A program made the translations under genes and the position numbers. Below, piece by piece: positions 1 through 13,671 of a stretch of 64,000 bases of DNA. Each line of letters starts with the position of its first letter. Position 1 is the first letter of the stretch. The notes beneath the pieces are model-generated. The model had not been told where the DNA came from and ran no database searches. It saw only the letters and a list, made by a program, of their open reading frames with translations. The DNA comes from Macrostomum lignano (Eukaryota). The DNA lies in the NCBI GenBank assembly GCA_002269645.1, contig NIVC01000719.1, forward strand, positions 362,020 to 426,019. Reading direction: 5' to 3'.

Positions 1-1560
1 TCTATCCACATCTATCCATTGATCTATCCACATCTATCCATTGATCTATCCACATCTATCCATTGATCTATCCACATCTATCCATTGATCTATCCACATC
101 TATCCATTGATCTACTCACATCTATCCATTGATCTATCCACATCTATCCATTGATCTATCCACATCTATCCATTGATCTATCCACATCTATCCATTGATC
201 TATCCACATCTATCCATTGATCTATCCACATCTATCCATTGATCTATCCACATCTATCCATTGATCTATCCACATCTATCCATTGATCTATCCACATCTA
301 TCCATTGATCTATCCACATCTATCCATTGATCTATCCACATCTATCCATTGATCTATCCACATCTATCCATTGATCTACTCACATCTATCCATTGATCTA
401 TCCACATCTATCCATTGATCTATCCAAATCTATCCATTGATCTATCCACATCTATCCATTGATCTATCCACATCTATCCATTGATCTATCCACATCTATC
501 CATTGATCTACTCACATCTATCCATTGATCTATCCACATCTATCCATTGATCTATCCACATCTATCCATTGATCTATCCACATCTATCCATTGATCTATC
601 CACATCTATCCATTGATCTATCCACATCTATCCATTGATCTATCCACATCTATCCATTGATCTATCCACATTTATCCATTGATCTATCCACATCTATCCA
701 TTGATCTATCCACATCTATCCATTGATCTATCCACATCTATCCATTGATCTATCATATCTGATCTATATGTGGATAGATCCATCTATCCAATAATCTACC
801 CAATCTATCCATTGATCTATCCACATCTATCCATTGATCTATCCACATCTATCCATTGATCTACTCACATCTATCCATTGATCTATCCACATCTATCCAT
901 TGATCTATCCACATCTATCCATTGATCTATCATATCTGATCTATATGTGGATAGATCCATCTATCCAATAATCTACCCAATCTATCCATTGATCTATCCA
1001 CATCTATCCATTGATCTATCCACATCTATCCATTGATCTACTCACATCTATCCATTGATCTATCCAAATCTATCCATTGATCTATCCACATCTATCCATT
1101 GATCTATCCACATCTATCCATTGATCTATCCACATCTATCCATTGATCTATCCACATCTATCCATTGATCTATCCACATCTATCCATTGATCTATCCACA
1201 TCTATCCATTGATCTATCCACATCTATCCATTGATCTATCCACATCTATCAATTGATTTATCCACATCTATCCATTGATCTATCCACATTTATCCATTGA
1301 TCTATCCACATCTATCCATTGATCTATCCACATCTATCCATTGATCTATCCACATCTATCCATTGATCTATCATATCTGATCTATATGTGGATAGATCCA
1401 TCTATCCAATAATCTACCCAATCTATCCATTGATCTATCACCATATATCCAATGAGCTACCCCCCTCTATATATTGATCTACTCACATATATCCATTGAT
1501 CTATTCATATCTGATCTGTACATCTGTGATCGTACATATCTATTCATTGATCTATTCACT
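1..1560. repeat. 22-bp minisatellite TCTATCCACATCTATCCATTGA in a VSP intron
   Basis: Direct reading; continues beyond the window start. Confidence 0.97.
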
Positions 1561-1650
1561 GATTCATGGCTTCATTCTATCCATGAATAAGCTGAACTGC
1601 TCATGCAGATGTACAGACAAACTCAGTCAGCTCACCCTCCCACCCTCAAG

Positions 1651-4600
1651 GCTGGTGGTGCTCGCCCGTCTCATTCGCCTACCCCGCCTCGTCGCCCTGG
1701 TCCGCGTGTTTCTCACCGAGAGGAAAAACCTCACCAAGGCAACGCGTCACGTGGTGTCGCAGAACAAGAAGCGATACGAGGACGACGGCTTCGATTTGGA
1801 TCTGTGCTACATCACCGGTGGGAGGCTGGGGATAGGATTCGAGTTTGGCGACTTCTGCCCGGTTTCCATCCTCCCTCACCGTGCTTAGTTCCGCCCCTTC
1901 TCTTGCCCAGTTCCGCCCCTTCTTTTGCCCAGTTCCGCCCCTTCTTTTGCCCAGTTCCGCCCCTTCTCTTGCCCAGTTCCGCCACCTCCCGTGTCCAGTT
2001 CCGCCACCTCCCGTGTCCAGTTCCGCCCTCTCCCATATCCAGTTCCGCCCCTTCCCGTGTCCAGTTCCGGTACACGGTAGTTATCTCATATTTTAGCCAT
2101 AAAAATGTATTGCAGAAAAGGTGATCGCCATGTCATATCCTTCCTCCGGGTTGATGGCAATGTACAGGAATCCTATCAAGGTAAAAAAGTACACTATCAC
2201 TAAGCTACATGTATTGCAAAATTTCATTCCCAACTTTCAATGCTAGTAATTTGCTTTCGCAGGAAGTGGCCAAGTTTCTGGACCTGAAGCACTACAATCG
2301 CTATAAAGTGTACAACTTGTGTAGTAAGTGACCTTTACTGTTGTTGCATGTGTATTAAAATTGTTTTTTATTGTACTTCATCACTTGTGACAGGTGAGCG
2401 CTACTACGATTCAAGTTTCTTCCACGATCGAGTGGAACGATACCTGATTGATGACCACAATGTGCCAAGACTGAGGTAAACATGCAGCTGACGATGAATC
2501 TGGGTTTTGGTAGGGAGCGGATTTCAGTTTTAGTAGGGAGCGGAATTCAGTTATAGTAAGGAGCGGAGTATTGTCTTTAGTAGGGAACGGATTTCAGTCA
2601 TAGTAGGGAGCGGAGTATTGTCTTTAGTAGGGAACGGATTTCAGTCATAGTAGGGAGCGGATTTCAGTCATAGTAGGGAGCGGATTTCAGTCATAGTAGG
2701 GAGCGGATTTCAGTTATAGTAGGGAGCGGATTTCAGTCATAGTAGGGAGCGGATTTCAGTCATAGTAGGGAGCGGATTTCAGTCATAGTAGGGAGCGGAT
2801 TTCAGTCATAGTAGGGAACGGATTTCAGTCATAGTAGGGAGCGGAGTATTGTCTTTAGTAGGGAACGGATTTCAGTCATAGTAGGGAGCGGATTTCAGTC
2901 ATAGTAGGGAGCGGATTTCAGTCATAGTAGGGAGCGGATTTCAGTCATAGTAGGGAGCGGATTTCAGTTATAGTAGGGAGCGGATTTCAATCATAGTAGG
3001 GAGCGGATTTCAGTTATAGTAGGGAGCTGATAAGAATTTGGGAGAGAGCGGATGCTATAGCCGTGGCCCGCAGTGGCTCATGGGAAGAAGCTGCTCAAAC
3101 AGCAGCATCTCATTTTTCAAATTTGTGTTCTCCCAAATCCCCGACAGCGACATGGTGAAGTTCGCTAACAGCGTGCGCGACTGGCTGGCCGCCCATGAGC
3201 AGAACATCATCGTGGTGCACTGCAAGGGCGGCAAAGGTCGCACTGGCACTATGATCTGCACCTACATGGTGGATAGCGACATTTATGAGAATGCCAAGGT
3301 AGTTAATTCCGATATGTTTCTATTCATACTTAGTGGACAATAAAGAAACTACAGAGAAGAACAGCCTGCAAAAATACTTCGAATTTTGTAGTAGACATTA
3401 ATAGATTATCACTAGCCAAACGGTTCGGGTTAAGCAGACACGGTGGCGGTTAGTTCGCAGCTTAATTGGCTGCTTGACTCAGAATCGTCCCTAAACCAGC
3501 CTGAGAGTCGCCTCTAAATCAGCCTGAGAACGCCCCTAAACCAGACTGAGAATCGCCCCTAAACCATCCTGAGAATCACCCCTAAACCAGACTGAGAATC
3601 GTCCCTAAACCAGCCTGAGAGTCGCCTCTAAATCAGCCTGAGAACGCCCCTAAACCAGACTGAGAATCGCCCCTAAGCCAGACTGAGAATCACCCTAAGC
3701 CAGACTGAGAGTCGCCTCTAAGCCAGACTGAGAATCGCCCCTAAACCAGCCTGAGAGTCGCCCCTAAACCAGCCTGAGAGTCGCCTCTAAGCCAGACTGA
3801 GAGTCGCCTCTAAGCCAGACTGAGAATCGCCCCTAAACCAGACTGAGAGTCGCCCCTAAGCCAGACTGAGAATCACCCTAAGCCAGACTGAGAGTCGCCC
3901 CTAAGCCAGACTGAGAATCGTCCCTAAACCAGCCTGAGAGTCGCCTCTAAATCAGCCTGAGAACGCCCCTAAACCAGACTGAGAATCGCCCCTAAACCAT
4001 CCTGAGAATCACCCCTAAACCAGACTGAGAATCGCCCCTAAACCAGACTGAGAGTCGCCCCTAAGCCAGACTGAGAATCACCCTAAGCCAGACTGAGAGT
4101 CGCTTCTAAGCCAGACTGAGAGTCGCCTCTAAGCCAGACTGAGAATCGCCCCTAAACCAGACTGAGAGTCGCCCCTAAGCCAGACTGAGAGTCGCCTCTA
4201 AGCCAGGCTGAGAGTCGCCTCTAAGCCAGACTGAGAATCGCCCCTAAACCAGCCTGAGAGTCGCCCCTAAACCAGCCTGAGAGTCGCCTCTAAGCCAGAC
4301 TGAGAGTCGCCTCTAAGCCAGACTGAGAATCGCCCCTAAACCAGACTGAGAGTCGCCCCTAAGCCAGACTGAGAATCACCCTAAGCCAGACTGAGAGTCG
4401 CCCCTAAGCCAGACTGAGAATCACCCTAAGCCAGACTGAGAGTCGCTTCTAAGCCAGACTGAGAGTCGCCTCTAAGCCAGACTGAGAGTCGCCTCTAAGC
4501 CAGACTGAGAGTCGCCTCTAAGCCAGACTGAGAATCGCCCCTAAGCCAGACTGAGAATCGCTTCAAAGCTAGACTGAGAGTCGCCTCTAAGCCAGACTGA

Positions 4601-7165
4601 GAATCGTCCCTAAACCAGCCTGAGAGTCGCCACTAAACCAGCCTGAGAATCCTAATTGTGGCGGCCGCGCTGTTGACTGCGAATTCCAGGTTAAGCAACG
4701 GTGGTTTTGGTTAGACGCCAAAACAGTGAACATAATGAGCTATTTATGAATCATCAAGCGGCCCCCTTACCTGTCCTCCTCAGGAGTGCCTGGATTTCTT
4801 CGGCCTGAAGCGAACTGACTATCAGCAGGGCATCAAGTTTCAGGGAGTGGAGACTCCCAGCCAGAACCGCTACGTGGGCTACTTTGAGACTGTTAAGAAG
4901 GAGTTCAACTATGAGATGCCGCCCGACACTCCTCTGATTGTCCGGAAGATCATCATTCACGGCATCTCCTGTGAGCGAGGAATAATAGCATCTTGATTCC
5001 TGACTCACCGATTCCTGACTCACCGATTCCTGACTCACCGATTCCTGACTCACCGATTCCTGACTCACCGATTCCTGACTCACCGATTCCTGACTCACCG
5101 ATTCCTGACTCACCGATTCCTTACTCACCGATTCCTTACTCACCGATTTCTTATTCACCAATCTCTGACTCACCGATTCCTTACTCACCGATTCCTGACT
5201 CACCGATGCCTGACTCACCGATCTCTGTCTCACCGAACTCTGACTCACCGATTCCTGACTCACCGATGCCTCACTCACCGATCTCTGACTCACCGATCTC
5301 TGACTCACCGATCTCTGACTCACCGATCTCTGACTCACCGATTCCTTACTCACCGATTCCTGACTCACCGATGCCTGACTCACCGATCTCTGTCTCACCG
5401 AACTCTGACTCACCGATTCCTGACTCACCGATGCCTCACTCACCGATCTCTGACTCACCGATCTCTGACTCACCGATCTCTGACTCACCGATCTCTGACT
5501 CACCGATTCCTGACTCACCGATTCCTGACTCACCGATGCCTGACTCACCGATCTCTGTCTCACCGAACTCTGACTCACCGATTCCTGACTCACCGATGCC
5601 TCACTCACCGATCTCTGACTCACCGATCTCTGACTCACCGATCTCTGACTCACCGATTACTGGCTCACCCATTCCTGACTCACCGATCTCTGACTCACTG
5701 ATTAATTTTTAATGAACAGAATATTAAAAAGACTATAAATTTAATTTCCAAATTCTCAGCCATCGGCAACGGTGACGGCTCGGATTTCTGGTTTCGAATT
5801 TTCGAGGGCGTCAAGCAAGTTGGCGAGTTCGATCTGGGCATCAACAAGAACTGCATGGCGGAGTTCTCTCGGGAGACCGACAGCGCTGTAGTGACGCTGC
5901 GGAATCCACCAACAGTGCTCAACGATGTGAAGTTCAGCTTCTTTTCCAGAAATGTAAGCAAAATTCCTAATAACACTTTCCTGGTTTCGAGTATTCGATA
6001 AAAAAACAAATATTCGAAAATTTTCAGCGAAACGTGCCAACGGCTTACGAAAACTGCGCTTTCTTCTTTTGGATCTACACCTACTTCATTCAGGACCTGA
6101 AGTGAGTCTGAGATAAGAGGTCTAGATAATGAGTTAATGAGTTTTATTCGACCAGAATTTTGCCCAAGACAGAAACATTAGCTGCTAGATAGACAGAGAA
6201 CCTGTTAGACAGGAATGAGACCTGTTAGAAATACATAGGACCTGTCAGATAGACATAGAATCTTAGACAGACACGGAACCTGTTAGACAGACACGGAACC
6301 TGTTAGACAGACACGGAGACACGGAACCTGTTAGACAGACACGGAACCTGTTAGACAGACACGGAAACGGTTAGACAGACACGGAACCTGTTAGACAGAC
6401 ACGGAACCTGTTAGACAGACACGGAGCCTGTTAGACAGACACGGAAACTGTTAGACAGACACGGAGACACGGAACCTGTTAGACAGACACGGAACCTGTT
6501 AGACAGACACGGAACCTGTTAGACAGACACGGAGACACGGAACCTGTTAGACAGACACGGAACCTGTTAGACAGACACGGAACCTGTTAGACAGACACGG
6601 AGACACGGAACCTGTTAGACAGACACGGAACCTGTTAGACAGACACGGAGACACGGAACCTGTTAGACAGACACGGAACCTGTTAGACAGACACGGAGAC
6701 ACGGAACCTGTTAGACAGACACGGAACCTGTTAGACAGACACGGAGACACGGAACCTGTTAGACAGACACGGAACCTGTTAGACAGACACGGAGACACGG
6801 AACCTGTTAGACAGACACGGAACCTGTTAGACAGACACGGAAACGGTTAGACAGACACGGAACCTGTTAGACAGACACGGAACCTGTTAGACAGACACGG
6901 AGCCTGTTAGACAGACACGGAAACTGTTAGACAGACACGGAGACACGGAACCTGTTAGTCAGACACGGAACCTGTTAGACAGACATGAAACCTGTTACAC
7001 AAGAGTGTAATTTGTAAGAGATACATGACCACCTGTTAATCGGACACTTAAATTGCCCACAGGATCAAGCTGGACCGAACTCAGCTCGACAATCCGCACA
7101 AAACCAAGACTTGGAAAGCATGGCATGAAAACTTCGCTGTGGAAGTTCTGTTCGACCAGCCTTAG
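1651..7165 (+). CDS. TPTE: Voltage-sensing phosphoinositide phosphatase (VSP/TPTE family), 5'-truncated. Exons: about 1651-1817, 2116-2180, 2263-2323, 2394-2475, 3148-3298, 4784-4970, 5760-5953, 6028-6101, 7063-7165 (TAG)
   Basis: All visible introns are GT-AG and phase-consistent. The spliced protein has an S4 helix ([19 protein letters not shown]), linker [46 protein letters not shown], catalytic [17 protein letters not shown], and a C2 domain ending [26 protein letters not shown]. The first acceptor position is approximate. S1-S3 exons lie upstream of the window. Confidence 0.95.
1885..2070. repeat. About 21-bp minisatellite CCAGTTCCGCCCCTTCTTTTG in a VSP intron
   Basis: Direct reading. 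Confidence 0.85.
2505..3027. repeat. 23-bp minisatellite AGTAGGGAGCGGATTTCAGTCAT
   Basis: Direct reading. Confidence 0.95.
3478..4632. repeat. About 23-bp minisatellite CTAAGCCAGACTGAGAGTCGCCT
   Basis: Direct reading. Confidence 0.95.
4995..5700. repeat. 15-bp minisatellite GATTCCTGACTCACC
   Basis: Direct reading. Confidence 0.95.
6200..6997. repeat. 20-bp minisatellite CCTGTTAGACAGACACGGAA, with a variant carrying 8 extra bp
   Basis: Direct reading. Confidence 0.95.
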
Positions 7166-7387
7166 GCGGAATTTGCTGGTTGCTAAAGCGACCAGAAGTA
7201 TAACTAGCTGACTTTGAAAGTGAAAAACTTGTCGAACAAAATGTGCTTAGTTGTTTTTAACTGTAGAAAAAAGGTTTGAACATATAATTCAATTGATTTA
7301 ATTAAAAACGGACTGAATATTTCTAATTCCAATCATTTTTCACTGTCACTAGTAAGGCAAAAACTGCCTTGACTCTATTATTTTCCA

Positions 7388-7423
<36 letters not shown>

Positions 7424-7426
7424 ATT

Positions 7427-7504
<78 letters not shown>

Positions 7505-7537
7505 CAGTAGTAGTAGTAGTAGTAGTAGTAGCAGTAG
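7388..7537. repeat. (GTA)n microsatellite
   Basis: Direct reading. Confidence 0.97.
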
Positions 7538-7551
7538 TGTTCAGTTGCAAT

Positions 7552-7697
7552 TTACAGTCCACTTAGCAATGTCTCTCTGAACCAAAGGGTGGCAACCCAC
7601 TTAGAGCCATAGACAACGGGGCAGGCTCCGTGGTAGGTGAGCTCGTCCAGCTGTCCGTCCGGCTTTAAATTGCGCCAGAAAACGATGTCGCCGCTGA
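7552..7697 (-). CDS. Terminal exon of a prolyl 4-hydroxylase alpha-like 2OG-Fe(II) dioxygenase; upstream exons not found
   Basis: Translates as SGDIVFWRNLKPDGQLDELTYHGACPVVYGSKWVATLWFRETLLSGL*, matching the P4H-alpha C-terminal motif with the third Fe-binding His and the 2OG-binding Lys. A CAG acceptor at 7700-7698 follows a long CT-rich tract. Confidence 0.8.
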
Positions 7698-7702
7698 CTG
7701 GG

Positions 7703-9580
7703 CGAGAGAGAAGGGGGAGAGAAGGGAGAGAGGAGGGAGAGAGAAGGGAGAGAGGAGGGAGAGAGAAGGGAGAGAGGAGGGAGAGAGAAGGGAGAGAGAA
7801 GGGGGAGAGAAGGGAGAGAGGAGGGAGAGAGAAGGGAGAGAGGAGGGAGAGAGAAGGGAGAGAGGAGGGAGAGAGAAGGGAGAGAGAGAAGGGGGAGAGA
7901 AGGGAGAGAGGAGGGAGAGAGAAGGGAGAGAGAAGGGAGAGAGAAGGGAGAGAGAGAAGGGGGAGAGAAGGGAGAGAGAAGGGAGAGAGGAGGGAGAGAG
8001 AAGGGAGAGAGAAGGGAGAGAGAGAAGGGAGAGAGAAGGGAGAGAGAAGGGAGAGAGAAGGGAGAGAGAGAAGGGAGAGAGAAGGGAGAGAGAAGGGAGA
8101 GAGAAGGGAGAGAGAGAAGGGAGAGAGAAGGGAGAGAGAAGGGAGAGAGAGAAGGGAGAGAGAGAAGGGAGAGAGGAGGGAGAGAGAAGGGAGAGAGAAG
8201 GGAGAGAGAGAAGGGAGAGAGAGAAGGGAGAGAGAAGGGGAGAGAAGGGAGAGAGAAGGGAGAGAGAAGGGAGAGAGGAGGGAGAGAGGAGGGAGAGAGG
8301 AGGGAGAGAGGAGAGAGAGAGGAGGGAGAGAGAAGGGAGAGAGAAGGGGGAGAGAAGGGAGAGAGGAGGGAGAGAGAAGGGAGAGAGGAGGGAGAGAGAA
8401 GGGAGAGAGGAGGGAGAGAGAAGGGAGAGAGAAGGGGGAGAGAAGGGAGAGAGGAGGGAGAGAGAAGGGAGAGAGGAGGGAGAGAGAAGGGAGAGAGAAG
8501 GGAGAGAGAGAAGGGAGAGAGAAGGGAGAGAGAAGGGAGAGAGGAGGGAGAGAGAAGGGAGAGAGAAGGGAGAGAGAGAAGGGAGAGAGAAGGGAGAGAG
8601 AAGGGAGAGAGAGAAGGGAGAGAGAGAAGGGAGAGAGAAGGGAGAGAGAGAAGGGAGAGAGAAGGGAGAGAGAAGGGAGAGAGAAGGGAGAGAGAGAAGG
8701 GAGAGAGAGAAGGGAGAGAGAAGGGAGAGAGAAGGGAGAGAGAAGGGAGAGAGGAGGGAGAGAGAGAAGGGAGAGAGAAGGGAGAGAGAGAAGGGAGAGA
8801 GAAGGGAGAGAGAAGGGAGAGAGAAGGGAGAGAGAGAAGGGAGAGAGAGAAGGGAGAGAGGAGGGAGAGAGAAGGGAGAGAGAAGGGAGAGAGAGAAGGG
8901 AGAGAGAGAAGGGAGAGAGAAGGGAGAGAGAAGGGAGAGAGAAGGGAGAGAGAAGGGAGAGAGAAGGGAGAGAGAAGGGAGAGAGAGAAGGGAGAGAGAG
9001 AAGGGAGAGAGAAGGGAGAGAGAGAAGGGAGAGAGAAGGGGAGAGAAGGGAGAGAGAAGGGAGAGAGAAGGGAGAGAGAAGGGAGAGAGAAGGGAGAGAG
9101 AGAAGGGAGAGAGAGAAGGGAGAGAGAAGGGAGAGAGAGAAGGGAGAGAGAAGGGGGAGAGAAGGGAGAGAGAAGGGAGAGAGAAGGGAGAGAGAGAAGG
9201 GAGAGAGAAGGGAGAGAGAAGGGAGAGAGAGAAGGGAGAGAGAGAAGGGAGAGAGAGAAGGGAGAGAGGAGGGAGAGAGAGAAGGGAGAGAGAAGGGAGA
9301 GAGAGAAGGGAGAGAGGAGGGAGAGAGAGAAGGGAGAGAGAAGGGAGAGAGAGAAGGGAGAGAGAAGGGAGAGAGAAGGGAGAGAGAAGGGAGAGAGAAG
9401 GGAGAGAGAAGGGAGAGAGAGAAGGGAGAGAGAGAAGGGAGAGAGGAGGGAGAGAGAGAAGGGAGAGAGAAGGGAGAGAGAGAAGGGAGAGAGGAGGGAG
9501 AGAGAGAAGGGAGAGAGAAGGGAGAGAGAGAAGGGAGAGAGAAGGGAGAGAGAAGGGAGAGAGAAGGGAGAGAGAAGGGA
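7703..9580. repeat. About 1.9-kb pure-purine GA tract (GAGAGAAGG-type units)
   Basis: Direct reading; essentially only G and A on the + strand. Confidence 0.97.
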
Positions 9581-10161
9581 GTAAGTGCAGGAAGATGAAT
9601 AAGCAGAAGGCATAATACCCAAAGCTCTAACAATCATAAAGGTGCCACAAAAAGTGACCAGCAGGCAAAAGCTTTAGCAAAGAGCCAAGACAATCAAATA
9701 ATGAGTTGCATGCTTTTTCGCGCGCAGAATAACCGCAGCAACCTTCATTCTTCATGCAGGCCTTGCTCATTCAGCCTCAAGGCCACAAAAAAGTTGGTCA
9801 AGCTATTTTATAGTTTTTTGCTAGGCGAAACAGCGAGCGAGGCAAGAAATTTCGGCAACTCTTTAACAAAGCAGAGGCGCAAGTTGAGCTGTTATACGAA
9901 TGAATGCATTAATTATAGCCCTTTAATCGGAGCTTAAAGAAATGGCTGCATCACCTAACATTGGGACTCACGCGAAGGAGAGAGAGACAGACTGAGGCAC
10001 GAAGAGTCGGGCTGCTCAAAGAGTTAGCAGCTTTCGAGCTTTTAATTTATTCGGGCAATTAACCTTAGAAGCGATTAGCGTCGTAAAACTTTTAAATAGT
10101 AATAAAAATGTAAGTTTTCTTTTATTAATTTATGAAACTGGATTCTCTGGCTTTCTCTTAC

Positions 10162-10252
10162 CTTGAGTGGCTTGAGCTGAAACAGCTGATTGTCTGAAGG
10201 AAGTCAGCTGAGCATAGCAAACTGCTATGAGGAGCTTGAATAGCAAACTCAT
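10162..10252 (-). CDS. Candidate first exon encoding a signal-peptide-like leader (MSLLFKLLIAVCYAQLTSFRQSAVSAQATQ), phase 1
   Basis: ATG at 10252, hydrophobic N-terminus, strong AAG|GTAAGA donor at 10161. No homology evidence. Confidence 0.4.
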
Positions 10253-10269
10253 TTCCCTCAACTTCTCAT

Positions 10270-10783
10270 CAAGTGTGAGACTGAGGGTGAGATCTCAGGT
10301 GTGAGACTGAGGGTAAGATGTCAAGTGTGAGACTGAGGGTGAGATTTCAACTGTGAGACTGAGGGTGAGATATCAAGTATGAGACTGAGGGTGAGATATC
10401 AAGTGTGAGACTGAGGGTAAGATATCAACTGTGAGACTGAGGGTGAGATATCAAGTGTGAGACTGAGGGTGAGATCTCAACTGTGAGACTGAGGGTGAGA
10501 TATCAAGTGTGAGACTGAGGGTGAGATATCAAGTGTGAGACTGAGGGTGAGATATCAAGTGTGAGACTGAGGGTGAGATCTCAACTGTGAGACTGAGGGT
10601 GAGATCTCAACTGTGAGACTGAGGGTGAGATATCAAGTGTGAGACTGAGGGTAAGATATCAAGTGTGAGACTGAGGGTGAGATATCAAGTGTGAGACTGA
10701 GGGTAAGATATCAAGTGTGAGACTGAGGGTAAGATGTCAAGTGTGAGACTGAGGGTAAGATATCAAGTGAAACTGAGACTGAG
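10270..10783. repeat. 26-bp minisatellite GTGTGAGACTGAGGGTGAGATATCAA
   Basis: Direct reading. Confidence 0.95.
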
Positions 10784-10997
10784 ACGCCAAGGATGAAGCT
10801 GGGCGAGTGAGTGAGCAGAAGTCTGCATCAGTTGGCACTGAGGCAGTTATATATTTGCGAGCAGTTGTCATAAATCATGAGAAGTCAGCTGTGCTGTGAG
10901 CTTTACGGAAGCAGACATCCTGCAGATGCTCCAGAGCACAGGATATTGTAACTTGTGGGGATTTATACCGGGTATCAGACCTGCTGGTTGCCTTACT

Positions 10998-12032
10998 AGT
11001 GACGCTCCTGTCTAACAGGTGACGCTATTGTCTAACAGGTGGCGCTCTTGTCTAACAGGTGACACTCCTGTCTAACAGGTGACTCTCCTGTCTTACAGGT
11101 GACACTCCTGCCTAACAGGTGATGCTCCGTCTAACAGGTGGCGCTCCTGTCTAACAGGTGATGCTCCTGTCTAACAGGTGATGCTCCTGTCTAACTGGTG
11201 ATGCCCCTGTCTAACTGGTGACACTCCTGTCTAACAGGTGATGCCCCTGTCTAACTGGTGACACTCCTGGCTAACAGGTGATGCTCCTGTCTAACAGGTG
11301 ATGCTCCTGTCTAACAGGTGATGCTCCTGTCTAACAGGTGACACTCCTGTCTAACAGGTGATGCTCCTGTCTAACAGGTGATGCTCCTGTCTAACAGGTG
11401 ATGCTCCTGTCTAACAGGTGATGCTCCTGTCTAACAGGTGATGCTCCTGTCTAACAGGTGATGCTCCTGTCTAACAGGTGATGCTTCTATCTAACAGGTG
11501 GCGCTCCGTCTAACAGGTGGCGCTCCTGTCTAACAGGTGGCGCTCTTGTCTACAGGTGATGCTCCTGTCTAACAGGTGATGCTCCTGTCTAACAGGTGAT
11601 GCTTCTGTCTAACAGATGATGCCCCTGTCTAACTGGTGACACTCCTGTCTAACAGGTGATGCTCCTGTCTAACAGGTGATGCTCCTGTCTAACAGGTGAT
11701 GCTCCTGTCTAACAGGTGATGCTTCTGTCTAACAGGTGATGCTCCTGTCTAACAGGTGATGCTTCTGTCTAACAGATGATGCCCCTGTCTAACAGGTGAC
11801 ACTCCTGTCTAACAGGTGACACTCCTGTCTAACAGGTGATGCTCCTGTCTAACAAGTGATGCTCCTGTCTAACAGATGATGCCCCTGTCTAACTGGTGAC
11901 ACTCCTGTCTAACAGGTGATGCTCCTGTCTAACAGGTGATGCTCCTGTCTAACAGGTGGCGCTCCGTCTAACAGGTGGAGCTCCGTCTAACAGGTGGCGC
12001 TCCTGTCTAACAGGTGGCGCTCCTGTCTAACA
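10998..12032. repeat. 20-bp minisatellite CTGTCTAACAGGTGATGCTC
   Basis: Direct reading. Confidence 0.95.
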
Positions 12033-12286
12033 GCTTCTATTTAACCGGAAACCCTTCAAGGCGCGAGTTCAAATTCAAGTTTCGAAACCAGCCTCAGGCC
12101 TCTCAATTCCACCGAAAAAGTTTATTGCTCTCGAGGTTCAGCACTTTACTTAACCGCCAGCAGTCTGACGGTAAGCAGTGCTTACCACGCTGACACTCCA
12201 ATCCAAGCCTAAACTTTCGCCAGTGAGGAAAGTCTCATTTTTCCTCACTTTTCCTCAGATTGAACAGCTCTTTAAAATTAAAACGG

Positions 12287-13671
<1,385 letters not shown>

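Noticed and set aside
4754-5712. SQRSV and PDSPI repeat ORFs; likewise the repeat ORFs at 12-13 kb, 34-36 kb, 41.8-42.6 kb, 45-46.5 kb, 58.7-59.7 kb and 60.5-61.4 kb
   Set aside because: All are tandem-repeat translations, most inside introns defined by flanking in-phase exons and the rest intergenic.
1651-7165. Annotation as PTEN
   Set aside because: An S4 voltage-sensor helix precedes the phosphatase, the motif is HCKGGKGR with GVET, and the protein ends after C2 with no PTEN tail.
7552-9637. Three 650-690-aa ORFs (Leu/Ser/Pro-rich and Glu/Arg/Gly-rich)
   Set aside because: Translations of the GA purine tract, which lacks stops by composition. Only the last approximately 47 codons on the minus strand are real P4H sequence.
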